Shown piece by piece: positions 24,961 through 25,504 of a DNA stretch of 25,504 nt. Numbering within the stretch: position 1 is the first letter of the stretch; every line of letters begins with the position of its first letter. The translations under genes and the position numbers were made by a program. The notes under the pieces are model-generated. The model was not told where the DNA came from and did no database searches. It worked only from the letters and a program-made list of their open reading frames with translations. The stretch is taken from assembly GCA_044369345.1 (NCBI GenBank), contig JBIPMC010000001.1, forward strand, positions 1 to 25,504. Reading direction: 5' to 3'. This DNA is from Terrimicrobiaceae bacterium (GTDB lineage: Bacteria; Verrucomicrobiota; Verrucomicrobiia; Chthoniobacterales; Terrimicrobiaceae).

Positions 24961-25342
24961 GGCCGAACACATCGCGCTCGGTCAGCATGGAGAGGCCCTC
25001 GCCGCCGAATTTCTCCGCCGCCACGGCTACAGAATTCTCTACAAAAACTTCCGTGCGGAACACGGTGGCGAGGTCGATGTCGTCTGCCGCGACAAAACGC
25101 ACAGCGAACTCGTATTCGTCGAAGTGAAGACCCGGACCACCGAGATTTTCGGCGCCCCCGCCGAGGCGGTGGATCAAAAAAAACGCCGCCTCATCATTCG
25201 CGGCGCGATGCAGTGGCTCCAAATGCTCGACAAACCTGAAATCACCTACCGCTTCGATATCGTGGAAGTCATCTCCGGCCCGCCGCTCGAAATCCGCCAC
25301 ATCCCAAACGCGTTTCCAATCCCCTCGAATTATCTCCGCTAA
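24929..25342 (+). CDS. yraN: YraN family (UPF0102) PD-(D/E)xK-like protein; start uncertain
   Basis: LGQHGEALAA.FL...GY.IL.KN, GEVDVV, LVFVEVKTR, AV...K.R.., RFDIVEV. Possible starts are TTG 24929 or ATG 24899, both overlapping the rnhB end. Confidence 0.88.
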   Translation: MRLWRRRNSGEAEHIALGQHGEALAAEFLRRHGYRILYKNFRAEHGGEVDVVCRDKTHSELVFVEVKTRTTEIFGAPAEAVDQKKRRLIIRGAMQWLQMLDKPEITYRFDIVEVISGPPLEIRHIPNAFPIPSNYLR

Positions 25343-25504
25343 TGTCTGCTTCTCTTCTTTCGGCGAATGAAATCCGTCTCGCCTACGGCCCGCAACTTCT
25401 TCTCGACGGCATCACCCTCACCGTTTCGCCCGGAGAAAAAGTCGCGCTTGTCGGCCGCAACGGCTGCGGAAAAACAAGCCTCCTCAAAATTCTCGCCCAG
25501 GAAA
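25342..25504 (+). CDS. ABC-F / Uup-like ATPase, 5' part only (runs off the window; absent from the ORF track)
   Basis: MSASLLSANEIRLAYGPQLLLDGITLTVSPGEKVALVGRNGCGKTSLLKILAQE contains Walker A GRNGCGKT. TAATG overlap with the yraN stop. Confidence 0.8.
   Translation, partial: MSASLLSANEIRLAYGPQLLLDGITLTVSPGEKVALVGRNGCGKTSLLKILAQE

Noticed and set aside
1-25504. CRISPR array, prophage, IS/integrase, DGR reverse transcriptase or template repeat, rRNA/tRNA
   Set aside because: No spaced direct repeats, phage or transposase motifs, RT motifs, AAC-rich template or RNA-gene signatures were seen on either strand.

Overview
Bacterial chromosomal window of about 60% GC. A Verrucomicrobiota/PVC origin is inferred from the very long GreA, the AFTLVELLVV-type pilin-like protein and the style of the FGE-domain protein. 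No rRNA, tRNA, CRISPR array, integrase or transposase was seen. Left to right: the 3' part of an Ala/Thr-rich repeat protein; a GT87 (GT-C) membrane glycosyltransferase; a 50-nt near-perfect hairpin; a deleted and frameshifted kup relic; a tightly coupled GT28 (MGDG-synthase/UgtP-like) plus GH1 pair; lipA-rlmH; an unannotated CheY-like remnant; a minus-strand sulfur-starvation-type unit (Rrf2 regulator, YezD/OscA-like peptide, OprB-family porin, sbp-cysT-cysW-cysA, M14 peptidase) with a candidate Rrf2 operator; mpg; a membrane-anchored FGE/CLec-domain protein; a minus-strand greA > REC-PP2C > RsbW-like kinase > tandem STAS unit; then a plus-strand run of COG4112 Nudix-like, CYTH-like, split chromate-transporter pair, low-GC pilin-like gene, rplS, rnhB, yraN and the start of an ABC-F gene. 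Best candidates for something undescribed: (1) the MGDG-synthase-like GT28 plus SFR2-like GH1 pair, as a possible bacterial glycolipid build/remodel system; (2) the FGE protein whose C-terminus looks like a DGR variable repeat, with no DGR in view; (3) the Rrf2-controlled sulfate unit extended by a Cys-free porin and a translationally coupled M14 peptidase; (4) a partner-switching module with a non-phosphorylatable receiver and an asymmetric tandem STAS. Family calls come from motif recognition by eye; no database searches were run.
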